NCBI RefSeq assembly: GCF_000315625.1
Contig: NW_005434546.1
Location: 9,677-44,639, forward strand
Reading direction: 5' to 3'
Length of the DNA: 34,963 nucleotides
Origin: Guillardia theta CCMP2712
Lineage: Eukaryota > Protista > Cryptophyta
Shown here: positions 14,701 through 24,791 of the stretch, piece after piece
Layout: each line of letters opens with the position of its first letter
How positions within the stretch are numbered: the first letter of the stretch is position 1
The notes under the pieces: model-generated
Seen by the model: the letters and a program-made list of their open reading frames with translations, nothing else
The model's database searches: none
What the model was told of the DNA's origin: nothing
Made by a program: the position numbers and the translations under genes

Positions 14701-17700
14701 CCGTCAGCCAGGGTTCACCAGTGAAGCATGAAGACGGGATACGGGCATTGACGTCCACTCCAGATATGACGTACCGGTGTACCATATCCTCCTCCTCTGC
14801 CCCTACTGCCTGAACGAAGCCTATCGTGTCCTCCGCCATGCTCCTGATCTCGATTCGCTCCGCCACATGCTCGTACAGATCCTCCACGCCCTCCTCCCTC
14901 TCCTCCTCCCTGTACACACCGACGTTGTTCATCCTCCTTCTGTCAATCCCCTTCCCCGTCCTCTTCCCAAACCTCCACAATCCATCATAGATTCGCTCTT
15001 TCCTCTCAAACAACACCCCCCTCCCGTGCTGTATTCCCTTGCTCCATTCACCCTGGTAGACCTCTCCTGTACCATACACCATTCTCCCCTCTCCCTCCGG
15101 CATCCCGTCCTCAAACCTCCCTTCGAACTCGTTCCCTCCCTTCCTCCACTTCCCCTGTCCTTGCTGAACTCCTCTCCTCCACTCTCCTTCATAGCTTGAC
15201 CCGTCTCCCCACGTCTTCCTCCCCCACCCATGAGGCAGGTTCTGCACAAACTCTCCGTCAAACGTCTCCTCTCCTCCTCTCCCTGTCAGCCTTCCCTTCC
15301 CCTCTGCCATCCCGTTCCTGAAGCTCCCAACGTAGACCTCCCCAGTCTTGTGTACCCACCTCCCCTCCCCATGACACTGACCGTCCAAGAACTCCCCCTC
15401 ATACGAGGTCCCATCAGGAAACCACATGCTTCCTCTCCCCTCCGCTCTGCTCCCCTCCACCTCTCCCTCGTAATGCACACCGGAGGCCAGCTCGGCCTTG
15501 ACTACTTTCCTCTTCTCCTTCATCCATCCATCTTCCTGCTTGTCCTCCGATCTCACAGCCTCCCTCCTCCTTCCTCTTGACCTGCTCCAGTACGGGAGGA
15601 GGGAGGGCCGCGGGATTCCGAACCGCTCCAGGTCACCCCCTGTGATGATGCGCCGAGAGGTCAACAAAGCAGCAACGACTTCCCACTGAGTAACGGTGGA
15701 GGAGGAAGGGAGGTGAAGCTCGCGCAGACGATGCAGGCATCCGTCCTTGACCTGCACCCGCTCGTAGTGTTTGCGGTACCGCATGAGAGAGGAGCGGGAT
15801 ATAACCTCCTCCTTGTACCCCTTCGCATCTTTCCCTCCTCCCTTTTCCCCCTTCCTCTGCTCCATCTCCTTCCTCCCCTCCTTTCGCCCCGCCGTCGCTT
15901 CCTCCTCCCTGCCCCCGCTCCTCGTTGACGCGTCTGCCTCCTCCTTGGCGACGCGAAGAATGCTGCCTTTCTCCTCCTCCACCCTCTGCAGCCTCCAAGA
16001 TCGCCCCGAGGAGAGGGAGATTATCACCCAGGAGCCCACGGGACCTCGAAGCAGCGTCTCCACGTCCTCAGTCTTGAGATTCTTGGAGGAGAACGCAAGG
16101 GCGAATTCTCCCTCCTCCTCCTTCTTCCTCTCCACGTCTCGGACATGATCGATCACGTCCCCAACCCTCAGCTTCCCTTCAGCTGGAGAGTTCCTGGAGA
16201 TCTTTCGCACAGTCATCCTCCCTCCTGCATCCTTGCCCACCGAGATCCCAACCCCTCCGATCAACGTTTTCTCTTTCTTCACCAGGTCAGCCCTGGCAAT
16301 CCGAGGAGGAGCGGACGACTGCAGGAGGGACTGGGCTCGCTCCTGCATCCTTACAAGCCGCTTCTTCTCCATCTCCTCGTACCTCTCCACAGCCTTCCCC
16401 TCCTCGCTAGGGGCCTCCTTGTCTGTCACGGTGAGCACCTCCGGCACTGAGACCCAGTCCTGTCCATTGAGAGTGACGAGGAGGTACGCTGGCCCAACGA
16501 ATCTCAGCCTTGGCACTTCCCCATGGAAACATTTCTGTACGCTGAAGTACTTGAGGCGGAAGTCAAAGGACTGCGACTGATCGCCAGGAGCATCGCCGTC
16601 GTCCTGAACCCTCAGCTTGACAATCCTGCCCATGAGGAGTGGAGAGGAAAAGAAATTCTCTCCCTCGATCTTTACCTTCATCCCGCCCTGGGCCGAGATG
16701 ACCCGGGGCTTGGCTCTCAGCGGGAGTAGGGGAGGGTGCGAGGTGAAGTCCTCCTCCCCGCAATCCATCCAGCTCATCCCATCGTCAAAGCTCGCCTTGA
16801 CCTTGAGCCTGCAGTTCCCGTAGCTCTCTAGCTCCATCAGCCTTGGGGTAACGCACTTCATCTCGCTGCTTGAGAGATCCGACGGAAGAATCTGAACCCT
16901 CCTATCGTATCCCCTCCCTTGGAACCTTATCCACGCCGAGCATCCCTGCCGTGGATGAAAGTTCTCCCCTCTGACCGTGAAGCTCCAGCCTCCCTCGCAG
17001 CTGGCAAGGAGGGGAGAGAAGGAGCTAACCACTGGCTTTCCCCTCACCTGAATCTTCTTGAAGCAGGGAGGGGACATGGTTTTCCCGCCGTCAAGGGAGA
17101 CCCTGACCTCGAGGTCGACATCGTTGACGAGCTCACAGTTGGGAATCTGGAACGAGACTATCTCCTTCCCTCTCTCTGCCGATGCCTTGATCGTATGATT
17201 GTTGATCACGGTCCCGGTCTTGGTATCGCATTCGCTCAGGTTAACGACAACGTCTCCTGTGTCAAACAGCGGGTAACCAGTGCAGTGCACCCTCACAGTT
17301 GGCTCCATGTGGAAGAACAAGAAGTCTGGCTCGACGTTCACAAGCAGAGGGTTCTCCCAGAATGTCACGCTCGCCAGCCCCATCTTCTTCCTCAGATCCT
17401 TCAGTCGCTCCTTGACCGCTTCCTTCTTGTTGGCTGCAGTCTTCAGCAGGGAGTGCTCCTCCTTCCAGTTCAAGTACTCCCTGTCGAAGTCGGCATCGTT
17501 CAGGCTCAGCTCGAAGTGGACTTGTCCCGTGACAGAGAGGCTGCCGACGTCTGCAAGTAGCTGCTCCCCAAACATCTGCCCCTTGACTGTCTCCAAGGTC
17601 TCCTCCTCCTCCGTCTTGAGACGCACGCGCAGCTGCATCTTCCTCCAGATCTCTTTCTCCGCATCCGAGATCTCTGCATCCTCGTAGTTCAGCTGCTCGA

Positions 17701-18105
17701 GATGAAGCACCAGCATCGTTATCGTATTGGCCTGCGCGAAAAGCTCAGAGGTAGAAGGGACTTGTCAGTTACAACCGCTGAAGCTTTCACAAAGTCCGGC
17801 TTCGCCGCCACGACAGAGGGCTGGTGATAGAACAGGAAGTGGCAAGAGCCAACCTCTGCCTTGTTCACCATCAATCTTATCTTCGTTAGCTCCCGCTTCC
17901 CCCACATCGGCGAGGTACATTCGCAGGAAGCTGAGGACTTGGTCCTTCTTTTAAACTGCGCCACCACGGGGATTCGCCGCAGGGGAGTGCAGAAGACGAC
18001 CTGGAAGGTCGTGCCCTCATTCCAGCTGTCCTCGTTTGTCAGCGTTAGCACAACCTTCGTCCCTCCCGTGGACGGGCCAGAGGTCGGGGATATCGAAAGT
18101 TCCAT
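11761..18105 (-). CDS. Large multidomain protein: IPT/TIG repeats, PDZ, 8 MORN repeats, ankyrin-like segment, RPGRIP1 C-terminal-like C2 domain, acidic tail
   Basis: IPT/TIG: SISPTSGPSTGGTKV, SSFSPLLASCEGGWSFTVRGENF, AKPRVISAQGGMKVKIEGENF. PDZ: GGVGISV..VRKISRNSPAEGKLRVGDVI..LLRGPVGSWV (~16015-16260). MORN: YEGE..G..HG.G x8 (~14950-15490). Ankyrin-like: GVDVNAR and LRRAVEYAEEEVVSFLL. Downstream spliced exons give a C2-like domain. Start and last exon are approximate. Confidence 0.85.
12268..12390 (+). repeat. (GAT)n/(GAC)n intronic microsatellite
   Basis: Direct reading. Confidence 0.9.
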
Positions 18106-18470
18106 CGAGGGCAATGGGGATATGCAGCTTTTTACCTCCTCAAAGAACAACCTTCTCCTGCTCGCAGAACTAGATCCAACAAGTTCGCATCATGACCTAC
18201 TGATCTGCGTACATATCCTCCTCCCTCCTCCCTCCACCCTCCTCCCTCCTCCCTCCATATCCTCCCCACTAGAGCCCCCCCCCGCCGCCACCATGGTCTC
18301 CCACAAACCGAATTTGCTGCCCTCTCCCTTGCTAGTTCAAATCGCTTCTATCGCTACTGCCTCCCATGACTAATATATTCTCAGTGACTTGCAGGCCCGG
18401 CCTGGTGCCCGGCCCCGAATGCCCGGCTGGTCAGCCATCTACCGCGCTGGAACATCGATCCACGCCTGAA

Positions 18471-20099
18471 ATGGCGGACGCTAGGGAAGCGCGCAGGGCG
18501 AAGATCCTGGTGAGCGTGGAGATGGATCACATGAGGGTGTGGTGTGAATAGATCTAGATAAGGAAGAGGATGGGATGAAGCAGCTGGGGGATGGATCGGA
18601 AAACAAACTCAAAGTGTGAGAAAGATAGAGTGTAGCAGCACTGTAATGGGGCGTCCAAAAGTACACGTGGTTGACGCTGGAGCTAAGGATCATACCTGTG
18701 CGCGGATGAGATGAGGAAACCATAATGTATCATGCAAACCAATGTTGCAAGTAGTTAGTGAGGGGAACAAAGCACGCTCCGAACGATTGGAATCAGCAAG
18801 TGGTTGCATTCCCAGCAAGCTCAGGGGATGCTCATGAAAGACAGGGTGTTGATCTGTTTGAATGGACAGGCAAATGCAGAGAAGAGGATGGCGAAGGTGA
18901 CTGGAGGATCCAAGTAAAGTGCCACCTCGTTTGGCCGCTCCTGACAAGTTGCCGATCAGGGAGCTGGATCCGATGGCAAATGACCCGGTCTTTGTGGAAG
19001 CCTTGCTTCTTGCTTCGATGCTGTGACAGCTTCCTTCCAGTCCGATGACATCGTAGCCAGAATGAACAATGATGAGATTGTTGCATCCCTCTTGCAGGTT
19101 GCGATGTTGGTCATGAGATGAACTTGTTCTGATCCGGTGCCTGGCAGAAGGAGGCTAAGAATTCTATCAAGAACGACTCGAAAGAACAAGAGGTATTGTG
19201 CTACTTCTTCGTCTTCTTCTCAAGGAGTATTCCTGAAGAGCGAAGAAGTGATAGAAGAGGTCTTCACTGCTGGTGCAAGAAAGGTCTGGCGCTTTCGACT
19301 TCCCTTCTCATTCTGAAGGTCCTGTTAGCGCATGGAGGAGGAGAAGCAAGAGCAGGAACGAGAGCGAGAGGTAGATTTCTTGAGAGTGTTTCTGCGATGC
19401 AGCTTATCCAATATCAGGGGCTCCACAAATCCTATCGAGTAAGGCTGTGGCGTATACAAACAGCCAAGGTATCCCTCTTATGTTGTCTAGAAATTCCGAT
19501 TCGATCTTACCCATGGCAAGGTTTTGGTTGTGCTTGTTCGCGCAATGTTGCTTGTTTGGTATGGATACTCCATGGTTGGTGTTGCAATGTCTTATTCTAT
19601 CTCTAATATTTGATAATAGTTGTTTTCACTTTCTTCCAAAGGAGAATCAAACAATGTTCTTCTCAACTTCGTAGGTAACTGGACTGGCTGAATGTCAGCT
19701 TCGTGTGATTTACACATGGAACATTGCAGTCTCTCATGTCGCTTTATTGATTTTTGTCAACTTCATCGTCAGTCCAAGTCCTGTTCGGGGGACCGAGGTA
19801 GTTCATCGTGGCAATCATTGCTTGTGACAACTGCTTGCAGTCGCCAGCGACGTACTATTTGCTTGTTTCGATGGAAATATTCTTGAGGATTAAGGTAGAT
19901 TTGACCGTCCTGCCTGTCTTAATCGATGACACTTTAACAGGACGTAATCATTGCGCTCGTGCAAGACTGCAGCCTGCTCATATGCGTAGTGGTATGTCGT
20001 GAAACCTGCCGTGCACATGTGACACGATAACAGGTGCTAGTGGCTGGGATGCAAGGGCAGACAGCCACACATGCATACAAGACACACATAGAGCTTTGA
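18471..20099 (+). CDS. GET2/CAML-like ER tail-anchored protein insertase subunit (about a dozen short exons)
   Basis: Spliced N-terminus MADAREARRAKIL|ANAEKRMAKVTGGS matches the basic Get3-binding motif of plant GET2 and CAML. It is followed by a charged linker and C-terminal hydrophobic segments VLVVLVRAMLLVWYGY, TYYLLVSMEIFL and DVIIALVQDCSLLICVV|VLVAG. The protein ends ..THIEL* (TGA 20097-20099). Internal exons at 19580-19830 are unresolved. Confidence 0.72.
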
Positions 20100-20196
20100 A
20101 TTCAATCTTTTCATTGTTGCAAGTGCTCATCTTGAATTATTACTTCTAACTTTACAAGAACTCGATAAGAACTCCTCGCACTCTTTTGAATTCCCG

Positions 20197-20634
20197 TCAA
20201 TGCTTTGGGACGTACAAACCTCCTGTCTGCACGCTAACACCACTACAGCAAGAGCTCATAAGACCAACGTGGGAGTAGTCGCAAAGGGGAGGCGTTTTGG
20301 TACTCTTGCAACGGCAAAATCGGACAGACCCTGTCTTTGGAGCCGTCCATGCCATAGGTTGAAACTTGGTGCCACTATGGCTTCCATCACACCAAGGCTG
20401 GTTCTTGCTTCTACCACAGGTGCAGTAGTAGTACTGCTTTCCTTCCTCAACCTGCGCTCCCCATGTTAGCAAGGGAGGACTTCCTGACAGCGACGGGGAA
20501 CCTTGACGTAGACTGGGAACTTTGAAGCGCACATCACCTGTAGCAAGAGCGTCATATGATGGCAGGGGGAGAGGGCGCACTGGCAGGCAGCTTACTTTCT
20601 CAGCATCTTCGATATCGGGGGAACCACCAGGCAT
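20197..20634 (-). CDS. Double CDGSH iron-sulfur domain protein (CISD3/MiNT-like)
   Basis: MPGGSPDIEDAEK|VMCASKFPVYVK|VEEGKQYYYCTCGRSKNQPWCDGSH..FCRCKSTKTPPLCDYSH contains two 3Cys-1His motifs. The last exon is uncertain. Confidence 0.9.
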   Translation of the reverse strand: MPGGSPDIEDAEKVSCLPVRPLPLPSYDALATGDVRFKVPSLRQGSPSLSGSPPLLTWGAQVEEGKQYYYCTCGRSKNQPWCDGSHSGTKFQPMAWTAPKTGSVRFCRCKSTKTPPLCDYSHVGLMSSCCSGVSVQTGGLYVPKH

Positions 20635-20779
20635 GTTGCTGGAAGAGCGGCAGGACAAGATCGGCAATACGATGAATCCCCGAGGGCGAAAATCAAAGGG
20701 ACGGAGGGGGGGAAGCAGATCCCAAGGCACCCACCTGAACGGGGTAGGGTAGAGAAGTTTTCTCAAGATACCCGTATCA

Positions 20780-21990
20780 TTGAAGGCAGTTGTTGGGGTA
20801 CTGGAAACTCACCTTACATATTTCTGAGCAGGGGTGGTATTGTAGTCAAAAACACACGGATGTGAATAGTCAATCTTGGATCCCATAGTCAATATTGAAT
20901 GTAATCACCTACCCCTCAATTACCCGAGTTCTTGGTATAGGAAAAGGGGGTCATCCTGGTGCGAGGGGGGACGTGGTTGGGGCCGGAACCTTTATAATGT
21001 TTTTTTCGTTTGTTTCATTGTAGCAGGAACTTCTGGTACACACCTTTATATATTCTTATATGAAATTCTCTGGTAGTTTCGAACTACCATGGTACATCTT
21101 TTTCCTACTATGTTGTAAACCGGTACAAGATGAGGCTGGGGAAAACTGTTTTAAATCTTCCGAACGCCGCATCACGGGCCCAACAACGAAGGTTGCGGCA
21201 ACGGTGAACGGTCGGTTGAACGCGCGGCCCGCCGGGCCGGCCCTGCCGGGCGGTGGCACCCTATCGGCCGCACGGCCGCCGGGGCCCGACTCACTGCACT
21301 AACGGCGGTGACAGTCACTACTGAGTCACGCCGTGACCGTACGCGTGACTCAGACGGTCAGACGTCGGACGGTCCCGGCGATCCGCGACCGTACTACGGT
21401 ACTCAGTAAGTACGGTACGGGGTCACCGGCACGGTCCGTACCGCCGGTACTTGGTCACACCGGCACCGTCACGGCCGGGTCCGAGTCCGATCGGAGTACC
21501 GTACGGTCGCGACGCCCCGGCCCGGCCAAGCCCGGCGCCCGGCCCCCGCGCCCGCGGCCGCGGGTCTCAGAATTGAACTTCAGTCCGGTCCGATCACCTC
21601 ACGGCGGTGAATTATAGTTCAACAACTCATTGATCATCATGTGAATCGTGGTTCCGAGCCTGATCCGGCATATCGGATCGCCCGGGGGCCGGGGCCGGGC
21701 CGCTGATGATCGGCCCGGGCCACTCCGACTCTGTTTTTCCGAGTGTTCGGTTCACTGTCCGCTAACCGGGCAGCCCGGCTTGACTCAACCGTTGAACCGT
21801 TCCGAAGTTCCGGGCGCCAGCAGTAGCTGGCTGCCAACTTCCGAAGATTTCTCGACGGACCCTGGCACGTACACTGACTTGTTGAACTTGAAACTTCGAA
21901 TGCTGTTTGAAAACTTCGAAATCTTCGGAAGACTTCCGATGGTCAGTATTTGACCATCCGATAACTTTGAGTAAATCTGAATGTTGCATA
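20780..21990. repeat. Second composite GC-rich intergenic island
   Basis: G/C-run segment, AT-rich spacer, then a CpG-rich segment (~21160-21850). Carries ACCGGTACAAGA (21119-21130) and TAACTTTGAGTAAA (21962-21975). Confidence 0.5.
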
Positions 21991-22368
21991 GCCGCCCATG
22001 GCCTCACAGAGGTGATAAGTTTATAGGTGATGCCGTCTGATCCAGTTGATTCTGTGCCTCCGTGACCAGTGGCAGTGAATTTTGGCTCAACAGTAGCTAG
22101 TCCTATTGAATATGCTGCAATCTTTGAAAAGGTACACTATCTGGTCAGTAGGTTTGTCATGGATCCATTAAGCAACTTTATTCAAAACGTAGATACCATC
22201 CTTCAGCTCAACAGCCTGAGTCTCAATATTCGTTCTTTCTCAGGCTTTTCGTTGGGTTCATCGATAGTTTCATCAATACTGCCTTTTAAACATCTATGTT
22301 GTTTAACATCAGACCACCTTCGGAATATATCAGGATATATATTTTTTGAATTTCTGAAATCTTAGTTC

Positions 22369-22965
22369 TGTCCGACAGAGCTCATAGGAACCGAGCCCGA
22401 GTCAGACAAAGGTCTATCAGGATAAAAGGACAGTTGGCTGTCTCGTACTCGTGTTCGAAGCTGACTTCTCCTGGATGACCATACTCTACTCCAGTGTGAA
22501 GCTGCTGAAATGACCCCTGTGGAGGTCTTTGTTGCAGCAACCTTGTACCCGTGGGGGACTTACAAGGTAAACAGAAGAGGTGCGTCTTGTGGAGTGCGAC
22601 CCGTTGGAAGCAGCTTGCTGCCATGCAAGGACGGGGTTCTCTTCCCTGCGAGAGAGCATGGTATCCTCTCGAAGGTCAGAAGGGATGCTTGTCAACTTCC
22701 AAGGACAGGACACCCCTCCTTTCTGTAGCCAAGAGACGCTACCCCTGGCTCCTTCCTCGAAGCTATAAAAGGATGAAACTCGTCAGAGCTAGGTGGTCCT
22801 CTTCCCCTTTCGTGTGTGTTCCACGATTGTGTGTGTGTGTGAAAGAAATAAAAGAGAGTTAGATCTCCTTCTGTTTCACCGCTTTCCCTCTTAGTAGAGA
22901 AATCCAACGTAAGTTCTTGTTGAACTGCGCTTGAAGGTCCACTCGAGAATCTTCGAGGTGTGACA
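22369..22965 (+). mobile_element. Solo LTR of an LTR retrotransposon (597 bp)
   Basis: Termini TGTC...GACA; perfect 5-bp target-site duplication AGTTC (22364-22368 and 22966-22970); internal TATAAAA (22764-22770) followed by AATAAA (22847-22852). Confidence 0.85.
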
Positions 22966-24791
22966 AGTTCAGAATACTCATCGTCGTCGATGGAAGGATA
23001 TAATTTAAGGATATCAATAGTTGACTCCAGATACTAGTCTGTCACACTCAGGCTGCCTGGCCAGGCTGTGTGGGAGATGACCTCCTCCCCACCCCCCCCC
23101 CCCCCCGCCCCCTTTTCCCTTCCTTTCCTTCCTCCGCACAGCCTGGCAGTGACTTCGCTGTGCATGTCTAGTATCGTACCAATGGCCCGTGAGACTCGGA
23201 TGCAAACAAGACTAGATAGACCACCCAATGATCGTGTGAGGATATTGGTCCAGGAAATGAATGTTATGGCGGAGAGTTCCCAAGGTGTTTTCACCCATCA
23301 GCATCACGCTCTTGCCACAATCAAACGGCAGCTTCTTCTCAGCGCTGCTTGAATGAGGCGTAGTGCAGGGATCACAACAGAACTTTAGTTGTGAACCTTC
23401 CAAGTTTCCAATGACAGCAATGGTCAAAGCACTTGTGTGATGATCGGACAATGATACATGTCGTTATGTGATTTATTAGATGCTGGCAAACCTATTTCGA
23501 TTTATGCTGATGTTGTCTTGACTCTCCCCATTTTTCTCACAATTCCCTGTGTCTGAAGGCTCAAATGGCGTGTTCATGTTCAAGGGAGATATCCTCTGCC
23601 CACACACAGGAGATGAGTGTCTCCGAGTTGCGGCGTTTGCTACTTCCTCGCGTATGCAGTATCCAACGATGGCGCAGGTTCCGTGCTTACAACTGCGGTG
23701 AGTCGAGGCGATTATTGCGATGTTGCAGGGTTGGTTGGTCTTGATATCCTGATCTCGCCGATTGCTAATGTTGTGTTCGTTCTTGTCTTCAACTACTGTC
23801 TCTTCGATACAATCAAGCATCCTCCTATTCGTCTGCATTTTGCTCGTGTTGGTGCTGTTGGGGCTTTCGCTACTCCGATATGATATCTGCCCCCGCCCCT
23901 GCGGTCCGCGTGACTTGATCCGAGAGCCAGGTCATGATGTCAGCATCAGGTAGTCACGTTAGTCCGAAACGACGACTGTTAAGATTCATTACCCTTCTAG
24001 AACCATAACCTTTCAGCACATGTCCAACCCAGTGGTCATCAATGGTCGTTCATAACTAATTACCATGTGACCTGCTGAAATCCAACCACGGAAATAGCGT
24101 CTTTTGGCACATGTAGGCGTATCTCGACCTCGTGACTACATGCAGTCACGTGGCTGGTGCGACCCTCAAGATATCTCACTGGTCCTGTGACCACCAGGCG
24201 CCTGCCCGTGCACCATCGCACGGACGGGGGGGGAGGAGGAGGACGATCAACAGACCCTGCCAGCATCGTGACCTGAAGGGAGTATGCGCTCGAGATAGTG
24301 CTGGACATTCTTGGAGATACAAGGTACGGGGTAGCTTGTATCCTCTTCCTCAATGGTGCCACAGAGCAACTCCGTAGGCCTTTGTGACAACATGGATGCT
24401 TGGTACATGTGCGTTCAGTTGGACCAGGAGAGTATGAGCATGCTTCTCTCCTAATAAGACGCGAAACTACAAGTCAGGTTACTGCAGTTGCTATGCGCTG
24501 TCATATTACGCGAAGTGTTCAACACTCATATATTGCTTTGCTTGCTCCACATTAGTGCAAGATTTGTCAAGATTAAATTAGTAAACAGTGCATGGGCCCT
24601 CCATGAAATGTTTGGAGGCACCTCTTCGTATATTTCAGGAAAAGTTCTTCAGCCGCTTTTTGCTTTTTTTAAGCTTTGGGCTAGGTGAATGAATCCTGCT
24701 CACGTTGTGACTTAGTAACCTAGCACAAGTAAGGTCCAGCAGACCCTATATCTCACCTGAACGCCCCTGCAGATATTATCCATCTGCAGAC

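Noticed and set aside
14177-17687. Plus-strand ORFs opposite the MORN/PDZ gene
   Set aside because: Antisense shadows of the 1250-aa coding exon.
22966-23030. TIDILKLYPSI as a reverse transcriptase or family-B polymerase motif
   Set aside because: A single short motif followed soon by a stop, with no other polymerase motifs found.
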